DNA of 64,000 nt from Candidatus Woesearchaeota archaeon (GTDB lineage: Archaea > Nanobdellota > Nanobdellia > SCGC-AAA011-G17 > UBA489), in the NCBI GenBank assembly GCA_964390715.1, contig CAYMIM010000013.1:27311-91310 (forward strand). The letters are read 5' to 3'. This document shows positions 28,329 through 37,565 of the stretch, one piece after another. The stretch's first letter is position 1; the number at the start of each line of letters is the position of its first letter. The position numbers and the translations under genes are program-made. The notes beneath the pieces were generated by a model, which saw nothing but the letters and a program-made list of their open reading frames with translations, searched no databases and was not told the DNA's origin.

Positions 28329-28586
28329 AGGATAATATGTTTAGGCGTCCTTTTTATTTTTATGGGCTGGGCTATTTATAAGGAACGCTAGCCTTTTATA
28401 GACTTATTATAAGTTTATGGGATGCTATCCAGAGTAAAGAATAAAATAATTTCTCAGATAGACAGAGTAAAGCAAAGGCAAACTAACAAAAAAAGATTGG
28501 CCTTCTTTAAAAAAATTAAAAAATATAATAAATAAGAAAAGAAAAGATCTAGCTTTCACAGTTAAAGATGATATTATCCGAATACA

Positions 28587-29285
28587 TCAAATATGGGCTC
28601 GCCAGATAAAGAAAGTATCATGAAGATTTAGTTGAACATTCTTAAAACCAGATTGCAATAAAAGTTCCTTAAAGTAAGTTGGTTGATATTCTCGTATATG
28701 AAAGGGAGAATCGCTGAATTTTTCAAGAGAAGTATTATTGGTTGGTGTACAACCAATAAAAAATCCTTCTTTTTTCAAATGTTTTTTTATGTAATGCAAT
28801 AAAGTAACAAAATTCTGTTCACTAATATGTTCAACAAATTCAGTGCTAGAAATAACATCAAAAAGACCAAAATTATCTGATAAAATGGTAATATTCTTTT
28901 GGTGATAGGTTATTTTTTTGTTGTGAGAAAATCGAAATTCAGCTGGAGATATCTTATCTACAGAAATAACACTCTGGACAGTATTTTGGTTGGCAATCTG
29001 ATGAGTAAGATAGCCGAATCCACAGCCAATATCAAGAACTCTTCCATGAACAAGAGAAAGAATAGGTTGTGAATAAGCTTCAAAATACTCTTTTTCTGCA
29101 TCTGTAGTAGTCGGATCATATCGTTCAGTTGGTGGAATAAAAAAAGCATGGATTCGAATATAAAGAGGAGAAATAACAGGTAGACGAGTCATCTTTTTAG
29201 TAAAAGAAAATAAAAAAGGAAGTTTAACCTTCACATAATTTTTTGTAGAGGAGAAAAGGTTCATAAGTTTTGTTCCTTTAGCCAC
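28587..29285 (-). CDS. Class I SAM-dependent methyltransferase
   Basis: VLDIGCGFGYLT (motif I GxGxG). Confidence 0.65.
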   Translation of the reverse strand: MAKGTKLMNLFSSTKNYVKVKLPFLFSFTKKMTRLPVISPLYIRIHAFFIPPTERYDPTTTDAEKEYFEAYSQPILSLVHGRVLDIGCGFGYLTHQIANQNTVQSVISVDKISPAEFRFSHNKKITYHQKNITILSDNFGLFDVISSTEFVEHISEQNFVTLLHYIKKHLKKEGFFIGCTPTNNTSLEKFSDSPFHIREYQPTYFKELLLQSGFKNVQLNLHDTFFIWRAHI

Positions 29286-29929
29286 ACGTCTAGGATTTCT
29301 TTTTCCTTACCTATTAAAGAAAGGGATAAAATTTCTTTGGCAACAGCTTTTTCATTGATAGGTTTAAAGGATTTCTTAGCTGTCACAAGAATATTATCTA
29401 AAAAGTCTACAGCACTAGGAAGAACTTTATTTGCATGTTTAGAAATTCTGCTTGGAATATATTTGCTAGTATAATTGGTAAATAATTTAACTTGAATATC
29501 TTCAAACCCGAGTTTATCAAGAATATATCTAAATTTTTTTTCTCCCCAATAATCTAAATGAAATGCCCAAGGAGACTCTTGTGAACCAAAAATATGTCGT
29601 GCTATTTTAAATTGTGTTTTGAGGTCTGCTGTAGCAAATTTCTTGACAGTAGTTTCAAAATCTGGAGTTTCAAGCACTAACTTTCCACCAGGTTTTAACC
29701 ATCTACGCCAGCGAAATAAGTGTTTTAAGATCTCTTGTCGTGAAAAATGTTCAAGAAGGTGATGTGTTCGCACTTCATCAACGCTATTGTCTGCATATGC
29801 AAGCTCTCGAATGTCTTTATACACATCGGCTTTTGCCTTCATAACTGTTTGACCTTCTGTAGGGAGATCAATATTGACATAGCCAGCTAAATAACTCTCT
29901 CCACAACCTAAATGTAATTTTACTTCCAT
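29261..29929 (-). CDS. Class I SAM-dependent methyltransferase
   Basis: HLGCGESYLAGYVNIDL (motif I-like), LKPGGKLVLETPD (post-motif II). Confidence 0.55.
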   Translation of the reverse strand: MEVKLHLGCGESYLAGYVNIDLPTEGQTVMKAKADVYKDIRELAYADNSVDEVRTHHLLEHFSRQEILKHLFRWRRWLKPGGKLVLETPDFETTVKKFATADLKTQFKIARHIFGSQESPWAFHLDYWGEKKFRYILDKLGFEDIQVKLFTNYTSKYIPSRISKHANKVLPSAVDFLDNILVTAKKSFKPINEKAVAKEILSLSLIGKEKEILDVWLKEQNL

Positions 29930-30609
29930 GTTTTTATTTCACCTTTTTCCAAATACAAAATTCTATCGCTGAATTTTTTAACAGTAGCAATATCATGACT
30001 TACAAAAAGAATAGTCTTCTGTTGTTTTTTGAAATTTCTAAAGACTTCATAACATTTTTTCTGGAACACTTCATCTCCAACTGCTAAAACTTCATCCACT
30101 AAGAGAATGTCAGCATCAACTTGACTAGCTATCGAAAAGCCAAGACGAGCAACCATGCCTGAACTGAGATTTTTAAGTTTGGTATCAACAAATTTTCTAA
30201 GGTCAGAAAAGGAAATAATAGTGTCATATCGTCTCTCTATCTCTTGATGAGATAAGCCTAGCAAAGAACCATAGAGAAATATATTCTCTTTGACTGTTAA
30301 TTCTCCTTGAAATCCAACTCCTAATTCTAAAAAAGGACTTAAAGTGCCATGAACATGCACATAGCCTTGAGTAGGTTGTAATACTTTAGCAATAATTTTG
30401 AGAAAAGTGCTCTTGCCTGCTCCATTTGGACCAACAATACCAATAAATTCTCCCTTCTTGATGGATAAACTAACATCTTTCAAAGCATAAAAACGTTCAT
30501 AAGAATGGCTGAGATTAAAGAGACCTAGAATATAAGATTTAACCCCATACTTTTTATCGTGAGGAATGTTAAAAATTTTCGTAACATGCTCTAAAGAAAT
30601 AATATTCAT
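29920..30609 (-). CDS. ABC transporter ATP-binding protein, polysaccharide/O-antigen-type exporter (Wzt/KpsT/TagH-like)
   Basis: Walker A GIVGPNGAGKST, signature LSSGM, Walker B ILLVDE. Start overlaps the upstream methyltransferase. Confidence 0.8.
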   Translation of the reverse strand: MNIISLEHVTKIFNIPHDKKYGVKSYILGLFNLSHSYERFYALKDVSLSIKKGEFIGIVGPNGAGKSTFLKIIAKVLQPTQGYVHVHGTLSPFLELGVGFQGELTVKENIFLYGSLLGLSHQEIERRYDTIISFSDLRKFVDTKLKNLSSGMVARLGFSIASQVDADILLVDEVLAVGDEVFQKKCYEVFRNFKKQQKTILFVSHDIATVKKFSDRILYLEKGEIKTWK

Positions 30610-31364
30610 TAGACTAACTCCGCAAAATAGACTGCCATTTTTTTATAGATAAAGAGTCCTATGAAAAAAACTAGTAAAGAATAACCAAGTGATAACACAT
30701 AGAAAGAAAAATTAAAGTGGTTGGAAAGAAGAAGGTCTCTCAGTCCTTCAATAATCAATGCAAACGGATTAAGATACATAAAAGAAAGGAATCGCAGAGG
30801 AATAATATTGACAGGATAGACAATAGGAGTCAGCCAGAAAAATGATTGAAGAAGTATCCTCCAAATATGCTGTACATCTGGAAAGCGAATTGTTAACGCG
30901 CCAACAATATAGGAAATACCCAAAGTAAGTAAAAATAAATTAAAAAGGAAAAAGATCATCAAGAAAGAATGGAAAGAAAAAGTAAAGCCAGTAAAGAAAT
31001 AAAAGATAAAGAATACCAAAAAATTAAGAACCAATCCTAAAAAAGTTGTTATGTTAGATGCAAAAACTATAACTGTTCTGGGAAAATAGATTTTTTTCAT
31101 AATGCTAGATTTAACGGAGAGTGAAGTAATAGCATTTAAGGTAGCTTCATTAAAAAATCCCCAGAGAATAATGCCTAAAAATAAGAATAATGGATAATGT
31201 TCTACCTTGAACTTGACAAAGTAGCTAAAAACAACATATAACACCGTAAAAGTCAATAAAGGATTTAACAAAGACCATAAGTATCCTAGGGCAGATCCCT
31301 GATATTTAAGTTTAAAGTCGGTCCATGCGAAAATCTTTACAAGATTTAAGTAATATCTATCCAT
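30609..31364 (-). CDS. ABC-2 type transporter permease (Wzm/KpsM-like)
   Basis: 6-TM 251-aa protein immediately upstream of, and overlapping, the ATPase gene. Confidence 0.7.
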   Translation of the reverse strand: MDRYYLNLVKIFAWTDFKLKYQGSALGYLWSLLNPLLTFTVLYVVFSYFVKFKVEHYPLFLFLGIILWGFFNEATLNAITSLSVKSSIMKKIYFPRTVIVFASNITTFLGLVLNFLVFFIFYFFTGFTFSFHSFLMIFFLFNLFLLTLGISYIVGALTIRFPDVQHIWRILLQSFFWLTPIVYPVNIIPLRFLSFMYLNPFALIIEGLRDLLLSNHFNFSFYVLSLGYSLLVFFIGLFIYKKMAVYFAELV

Positions 31365-31463
31365 AAAATGGTTTTAAATCTGAAGGTTATATAACTTTTG
31401 TCATTCTCGAGTGGAAGAATATCTTTAAAAAGACAGAATTACTCCTAATCCGAGGTGAAAAGA

Positions 31464-32075
31464 GTGCAAAAAAGAGGACAAGCGGCCATGGAGTTCTTGA
31501 TGACTTATGGTTGGGCGTTGTTAGTAGTCTTAATCGCGATTGGCGCGTTAGCGTTCTTCGGAGTATTGAATCCAAGTAGATTCTTGCCACAACAATGTGT
31601 TCTAGGTCCAGGTCTTGCTTGCGCAGACTTCAAAGTAACATCTGTAGACCAAAAAGTACAAATCACTGTACAAAACGGCTTAGGTGAAGATTTAAAACAA
31701 TTCCAAATCTATGTTGATAATGTAGGCGGTAAGCACAAATGTGGAGGCTATTATGGCTACGTTGCATTTTATGTTAATTCTGCAAGTAGAAGTCCGCCTC
31801 TCCGAGACGGCAGTGCAGAGAAACTAATAAATTTATTTAATGGAAATGGTATTCAATGTGGAGGCGGTGTTAACAATTGTTGTACAGATTTCAAAAAACC
31901 TCCTTTGGGATTATATCCTTATGATCTATGCCCTTCAATAACGTCCTGCTATGCGGGAGAGCCACAATGGAAGGTAGGAGAAAAATTCAGTGAAGATATT
32001 GTAATCACTTATCAAACAGAAGGATCACAAATTCTCCATCAGCGAGTAGGTAGATTGACCACGCAAATTGAATAG
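31464..32075 (+). CDS. Archaeal type IV pilin-like protein, paralog of 22001..22486 with near-identical signal peptide/N-terminal helix; alternative GTG start at 31455
   Basis: (MKR)VQKRG/QAAMEFLMTYGWALLVVLIAIGALAFFGVLNPSRFLP, then a divergent Cys-containing C-terminal domain. TATA-like TCTTTAAAAAG about 30 nt upstream. Confidence 0.7.
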   Translation: MQKRGQAAMEFLMTYGWALLVVLIAIGALAFFGVLNPSRFLPQQCVLGPGLACADFKVTSVDQKVQITVQNGLGEDLKQFQIYVDNVGGKHKCGGYYGYVAFYVNSASRSPPLRDGSAEKLINLFNGNGIQCGGGVNNCCTDFKKPPLGLYPYDLCPSITSCYAGEPQWKVGEKFSEDIVITYQTEGSQILHQRVGRLTTQIE

Positions 32076-32077
32076 AG

Positions 32078-32440
32078 ATGACTGCTCGTATTTCTATAAG
32101 ACATAAAGAAAAAACCATTTTGAACGCGAAGGTCTATAGTTCTCTCTTGCTGCTCGCCAAAGGTCTTCGTTTCTCCAAGTCTCTTAAAAGAAATCAAGCC
32201 TTACTCCTAGCTTCGTCAAAAGAGAATCTCCAGACCATAGACATGCTCTTCGTCTTCTTTCCCATAGACGCGCTCTGGCTCGACAAGAACAAAAGAGTAG
32301 TCTATATCGCTCGTAACATCAAACCCTTCACATGCGCAGTCACTGCTCCAAAAAAAGCGCGGTATATCTTAGAATGCCAAGCAAATACAACACATGCGAT
32401 AAAGCGTAACGACAAGATCTCCTTCAAGATTCACCAGTAG
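32078..32440 (+). CDS. DUF192-family small protein (COG1430-like)
   Basis: IDMLFVFFPIDALWLDKNKRVVYIARNIKPF...A.YILECQAN pattern resembles DUF192. Confidence 0.4.
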   Translation: MTARISIRHKEKTILNAKVYSSLLLLAKGLRFSKSLKRNQALLLASSKENLQTIDMLFVFFPIDALWLDKNKRVVYIARNIKPFTCAVTAPKKARYILECQANTTHAIKRNDKISFKIHQ

Positions 32441-32450
32441 CTTTAAAAAT

Positions 32451-33389
32451 GTGCTCCACTTCTGCTCAGCCATGGGAATAATAGAGGTGAAAAATATATC
32501 GAAGCGCTTTAAAGGCCACGTAGTGCTCGATAACGTCAATCTCGATATCCCTGAAAATAAAATTCTAGGCATTATAGGTATTAATGGTTCTGGAAAAACA
32601 ACACTCCTCAAGACAATTATAGGTTTTTACAAAGCTAATAGCGGAGACATCTTCTACAAGGGGAAAAAAATGTCTCATGTTTCCAGGAGAATGAAAAGAG
32701 AATTTGGTTATACCAGCCAAGAAAGTTCTTTTTACTCCAAGTTGACCGTCAAGGAAAATATGAAGTACTTCGGAATCTTGTATGGTTTATCACATAAAGA
32801 AGTTCGTGAGAATAGCAAGGAGATTCTGCAGTTTGTAGAGTTGGAAGACGCCAAAAATGTGCTCGCGCAAAATCTCTCTGGAGGCATGCAGCGTCGTTTG
32901 GATTTAGCCTGCTCCATGATTCACAAGCCAAAAATTCTTATTCTAGACGAGCCAACAGAAGACCTCGATCCTTCTCTGCGAAGAGACATAATCAACGTTA
33001 TCAAGAAGATCAACAAGCAAGGAACAACCATAATTATCACGTCTCATCTGTTGGAAGATGTTGAAAATCTCTGTGACATCATCGCGGTCCTCCACGAGCA
33101 TAAAGTCATGCATATCGGTTCAGTAGATGACTTGAGAAAATTATATGGCAAGCAGGAAGAGATCCATGTGGAGATCGCTTCAGGAAATTATGATCGCGTC
33201 GTTCAGTTCGCTAGCTTGAAAGACTATGAAAAAGAGGACAACAAGCTTATAGTCTACACCGCGGAGGCGGAAAAAACATTGCACATGATCCTCCATATTA
33301 TTGAAAACGACCAGGAGCGGTTGATCTACGCTGACATCAGAAAGCCAGGCTTATCAGAAGTCTTCAAGGCGCTGACCAAGAAAAAATGA
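32451..33389 (+). CDS. ABC transporter ATP-binding protein (ABC-2 exporter type)
   Basis: Walker A GIIGINGSGKTT, signature LSGGMQRRL, Walker B ILILDEPT. Confidence 0.85.
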   Translation: MLHFCSAMGIIEVKNISKRFKGHVVLDNVNLDIPENKILGIIGINGSGKTTLLKTIIGFYKANSGDIFYKGKKMSHVSRRMKREFGYTSQESSFYSKLTVKENMKYFGILYGLSHKEVRENSKEILQFVELEDAKNVLAQNLSGGMQRRLDLACSMIHKPKILILDEPTEDLDPSLRRDIINVIKKINKQGTTIIITSHLLEDVENLCDIIAVLHEHKVMHIGSVDDLRKLYGKQEEIHVEIASGNYDRVVQFASLKDYEKEDNKLIVYTAEAEKTLHMILHIIENDQERLIYADIRKPGLSEVFKALTKKK

Positions 33390-34906
33390 GAAAAACACTA
33401 GCCATTATTGGAAAGAATTTCAAGCTCCTGACAAGGACAAAAAGCTCGGCGTTAATTATTATCCTAGGTCCCTTGCTTCTGATCATGCTCATTGGCGCGG
33501 CGTTCAATACTGCGAATGTATATGGTGTTCGTATTGGTACCTATACCTCTTCTTACAGTGCCTTAAGTAACTCATTGGTTGATGAGCTCAGTAAAAAGAA
33601 ATTCACAGTCCAGAAGATAGAGTCAGAGCGGGCCTGTATCGACAGCGTCAAGCGAAGCATCATTCATGTCTGCACTATTTTTCCAGCGGATCTCTCATTG
33701 AAAAATGGGGGGGATATTATTTTCTATGTGGATAATTCCAGAATGAATTTGGTCTATATGGTGTTGGACGCGTTGAACAGCGTCATAGGAACGAAAACAA
33801 AGGAAATCAGCACGCAATTGACAAAAAATATTCTGGATACTGTTGATGGTATTGATAAGGAAGTGACTGATAAGAGTACATTGATAGGTTCCTTGGCCAC
33901 GGATAACGAAGACGTGAGCAATAGGATTGATACTATACTAAAAAATGTTCAAGATCTTGATTTGGAATTCACTCCTACGCTGCGAGGATTAGACACGTTA
34001 GAGACAATGGCCGCGTCAAATGAATCAGGCACAGAAGATGTCAAGACAGCGGTGGATTTAATAAAGAAAAATTTGGAAACCATAGATTTGCAGTTCAAGG
34101 ACATGGTTAGCGCGCGTGATCAAACCGTGCTTGCTTCAAACAATATTAAGACTACTTTAAGCAGTGACATCAAATATATTCAAGCTCTGGACAACAGCGT
34201 CGACAAGATTGTCTCCGACATCAGAAAAGTGAAAGCGACAAGCGTTGGTAAGATTGTTTCTCCTCTGTCAACAAAAATCGAGCCGATCACAGCGGAGAAG
34301 AGTCAGCTCAACTATATCTTCCCGACGTTAATGATTCTCATAGTCATGTTCGTCAGTATGATGCTGTCTTCAACTTTGGAGATCAAGGAAAAAACCAGTC
34401 GTGTTTATCTCAAGAACTTCATCACACCCACATCTTACCTCACCTTCTTGGTAAGTAATTTTATCACAAATATCTTGGTAGTGATCATCCAATTGGGAGT
34501 AATATTTGGCGTTGCTTTCTATTTCTTCAGAGAGCAGTTGATAACCACTATTGGCGGGATGGCTGCGGTGCTGGTGTTGATAACGACCGTCTTCATCTTG
34601 TTGGGCATGATCATCGGCAGTATTTTCAAATCAGAAGAAACTAGCGCCATCGCGACCATTTCCATAGGTTTCATTTTCTTGTTTTTCTCTTCAAGTATTC
34701 TTCCCATAGAAACGCTTCCCGCCCTCATCAGGAAAATAGCTTCATTCAATCCGTTCTTCATGGGTGAAACGCTCTTAAACAAGATTTTATTATTCCAATT
34801 GCCCTTGACTTTGTTTACGCAAACGTTATATATCCTTGCTGGGTACATCGGAGGACTCATGCTTATCCTTATTATCGTCAAGCGCTTAACAAAGAGGAGT
34901 TTCTGA
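33386..34906 (+). CDS. ABC-2 family permease with large extracytoplasmic domain (YhgE/Pip-like topology)
   Basis: N-terminal TM, about 280-aa soluble domain, then 5 to 6 TM helices. Overlaps the ATPase gene. Confidence 0.65.
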   Translation: MRKTLAIIGKNFKLLTRTKSSALIIILGPLLLIMLIGAAFNTANVYGVRIGTYTSSYSALSNSLVDELSKKKFTVQKIESERACIDSVKRSIIHVCTIFPADLSLKNGGDIIFYVDNSRMNLVYMVLDALNSVIGTKTKEISTQLTKNILDTVDGIDKEVTDKSTLIGSLATDNEDVSNRIDTILKNVQDLDLEFTPTLRGLDTLETMAASNESGTEDVKTAVDLIKKNLETIDLQFKDMVSARDQTVLASNNIKTTLSSDIKYIQALDNSVDKIVSDIRKVKATSVGKIVSPLSTKIEPITAEKSQLNYIFPTLMILIVMFVSMMLSSTLEIKEKTSRVYLKNFITPTSYLTFLVSNFITNILVVIIQLGVIFGVAFYFFREQLITTIGGMAAVLVLITTVFILLGMIIGSIFKSEETSAIATISIGFIFLFFSSSILPIETLPALIRKIASFNPFFMGETLLNKILLFQLPLTLFTQTLYILAGYIGGLMLILIIVKRLTKRSF

Positions 34907-36246
34907 TGGATTTCAAGATTGCCGCTGTTGGTGGCTATAGTGAAGTAGGCAAAAATATGTCTGCGGTGAAAATAGGTGATGAGGCGGTCATCATGGACAT
35001 GGGATTCTATTTGCCAGTCATTGTGGATTTTGAGGAGGAAGGTCATGATCGCTCTTCATTGTCAAATGACCAGATGCGTCGCATGGGGGCTATCCCTGAT
35101 GATACTATGATCAGCTCTTGGAAAAAGAATATCAAGGGAATAATCTGCAGTCACGCGCATCTCGATCACACGGGCGCTGTTCCTTATTTGGCTCCTCACT
35201 ATAACGCTCCAGTCATTGGAACGCCATTCACTTTGGAAGTTTTAAAAAATATGGCTTATAGCGAAGGACTTCCTTTAAAAAATAAATATCTGCCACTCAA
35301 TACTGGTTCAATGTACAAAGTGTCTAAAAATATTAAAATCGAGCTCATCAACGTCACGCACTCCACGCCGCAAACAGCGATCATAGCGGTGCACACGCCA
35401 CAAGGAGTAGTCGTCTACACGAATGATTTCAAGTTGGACAATGATCCTATTGTCGGAAAAAAGCCAGATTATGATAGGCTCAAGCAATTAGGAAAAGAAA
35501 ACAACGTGCGCGCGGTCATTGTGGATTCTTTATATTCAGGCGCCGCGCAAAAAACACCAAGTGAGAAAGTAGCTCGTGAGATGTTAAAAGATGTCATGCT
35601 CGGAACAGAAAATCACAACAACCCCATGATTATTAGTTGTTTCGCTTCGCACATTGCTCGCTTGAGAAGTATCATTGACTTTGGTCATAAATTGAATAGA
35701 AAAGTAGTCTTGCTCGGTCGCAGTATGGAAAAATACGCTAAAGCCGCTGAAAAAACAAACATTGTCAAGTATTCTAAAGAAGCGGAAATCATCGCAGGCG
35801 CGGACAAGATCAAGAAAAAATTAGTCAGGATGGAAAAAGAGGGACTGAATAACTATTTGATTGTATGCACAGGTGGTCAGGGCGAGCCTAATTCAGTCTT
35901 GAGTAAGATGCTCAATAATGTCTATCCCTTTTATTTTAATCAGGAGGACACCATGATCTTCTCCAATAGGACCATCCCTGTCGAGCCAAATATCACCAAC
36001 AGAGCGAGGATGGAGGATAAGCTGAAAAAATTCGGCGTTCGTATCTACAAAGACATTCATGTTTCTGGTCACGGCTCTCGTGAAGACATCCGCGATCTAA
36101 TCAATATGCTCAACCCAGAGCACGTTATTCCTTCGCATGGTCATCACAAGATCACCGCTCCTACCGCGGAATTAGCCGCTGAAATGGGCTTCCAAAAAAA
36201 GGAAATCCACCATATGAAAAACGGTGAAACCCTTACGTTAGAGTAA
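34906..36246 (+). CDS. Archaeal RNase J-like metallo-beta-lactamase/beta-CASP ribonuclease
   Basis: ICSHAHLDHTGAVPYL (HxHxDH), beta-CASP motifs, C-terminal IPSHGH. 446 aa without KH domains. Confidence 0.7.
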   Translation: MDFKIAAVGGYSEVGKNMSAVKIGDEAVIMDMGFYLPVIVDFEEEGHDRSSLSNDQMRRMGAIPDDTMISSWKKNIKGIICSHAHLDHTGAVPYLAPHYNAPVIGTPFTLEVLKNMAYSEGLPLKNKYLPLNTGSMYKVSKNIKIELINVTHSTPQTAIIAVHTPQGVVVYTNDFKLDNDPIVGKKPDYDRLKQLGKENNVRAVIVDSLYSGAAQKTPSEKVAREMLKDVMLGTENHNNPMIISCFASHIARLRSIIDFGHKLNRKVVLLGRSMEKYAKAAEKTNIVKYSKEAEIIAGADKIKKKLVRMEKEGLNNYLIVCTGGQGEPNSVLSKMLNNVYPFYFNQEDTMIFSNRTIPVEPNITNRARMEDKLKKFGVRIYKDIHVSGHGSREDIRDLINMLNPEHVIPSHGHHKITAPTAELAAEMGFQKKEIHHMKNGETLTLE

Positions 36247-36338
36247 ATAAATCCTTTTAAAGATAGATAAGTGCGAACTAGAGGGAAGAGTAGAAGAAAA
36301 AAGAGTTGCACCAAAAGATTTAGAGAGGTAAGCAACAA

Positions 36339-37565
36339 ATGAAATTCGCGCATACGTCAGATTGTCACGTCGGTGGTTGGCGTGAAGAAGAGATGAAGCA
36401 GTTGAGTTTGCTCTCGTTTCAGAAAATGATTGACCACTGTATAGAAGAACATGTCGGTTTTCTCTTGATTGCTGGTGACTTGTTCAACACATCAATACCG
36501 CAGATTGATCTCATCAAGGAAGTGGCGCATCAATTGAATCGTCTCAAAGAAGAAAACATTGAAGTCTATATCATCCCTGGAAGTCACGATTATTCTCCTT
36601 CGGGAAAAACCATGATCGACGTCTTGGAAAAAGCTGGCCTCTGTCATAACGTCTTCAAGTTCAAGAACAACAAGCTGGAGTTTACTGTCGACAAAACAAA
36701 TACGAAAATCACAGGAGTCATTGGTCTGGCGGGTGGTCTGGAAAAAAAACATTATCATGTACTTGACAAAACCAATTTGGAAGCGGAACAAGGGTTCAAG
36801 ATATTCATGTTTCACACATTGCTAAATGAGTTTCGTCCAAAAGATTTGGAGAAAGTAGATGGAGAGTCTTACACATTATTGCCCAAGGGGTTCAACTACT
36901 ATGCTGGCGGTCATCCGCACTTTGTTATGGAAAAGCGCGTCCCAGAATATGGCGTCATCACTTATCCAGGTCCATTAATGCCTAATAATTTCAAGGAAAT
37001 TGAGGAGCTCAAGCATGGCGGTTTCTACATTTGTGATGAAAAAATGATCCTTCGTCACATCCCGATCAAAATCAAAGACGTGCTCTCCTTAGTGATCAAT
37101 GCTGATAAGAAAACACCTTTAGAAGTGGAGCGAGAAATAGAAGAGCATATCAAAAAAAATGATCTCAAGGATAAAATTGTCACTTTACGAGTAGAGGGAA
37201 CGCTCAAGACAGGCAAGCCTGCGGATATTAATTTTTCAGAGTTAATAGACAGTATGAAGGAAGCATACTGCACGCTCAAAAACACATATAGTTTGACAAC
37301 GCAGGAATTCGAAGAGGTCAAAGCGGACACAGGTTCTGTAGAAGAGATTGAGGAAAAAATAATCCAAGAACATTTGGGGCAAATTCCTCTGGAGCAGATA
37401 AAAATAAAAGAGGGAGAGCTCACAAAAATAATGGTGTCGTTATTGAACAAAGAAAAGCATGAGGGGGAAAGGAAAGCGGACTTCGAAAGTCGCTTGATGA
37501 AAGAGGTGATAGAGATGCTGCAAATGAAAGAAGTTTGGGGTAACCATGCTGCTGAAGAAGATTAG
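36339..37565 (+). CDS. mre11: DNA double-strand break repair nuclease Mre11
   Basis: MKFAHTSDCHVGG (motif I), IAGDLFN (motif II), PGSHD (motif III), calcineurin-like phosphoesterase. Overlaps rad50. Confidence 0.8.
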   Translation: MKFAHTSDCHVGGWREEEMKQLSLLSFQKMIDHCIEEHVGFLLIAGDLFNTSIPQIDLIKEVAHQLNRLKEENIEVYIIPGSHDYSPSGKTMIDVLEKAGLCHNVFKFKNNKLEFTVDKTNTKITGVIGLAGGLEKKHYHVLDKTNLEAEQGFKIFMFHTLLNEFRPKDLEKVDGESYTLLPKGFNYYAGGHPHFVMEKRVPEYGVITYPGPLMPNNFKEIEELKHGGFYICDEKMILRHIPIKIKDVLSLVINADKKTPLEVEREIEEHIKKNDLKDKIVTLRVEGTLKTGKPADINFSELIDSMKEAYCTLKNTYSLTTQEFEEVKADTGSVEEIEEKIIQEHLGQIPLEQIKIKEGELTKIMVSLLNKEKHEGERKADFESRLMKEVIEMLQMKEVWGNHAAEED

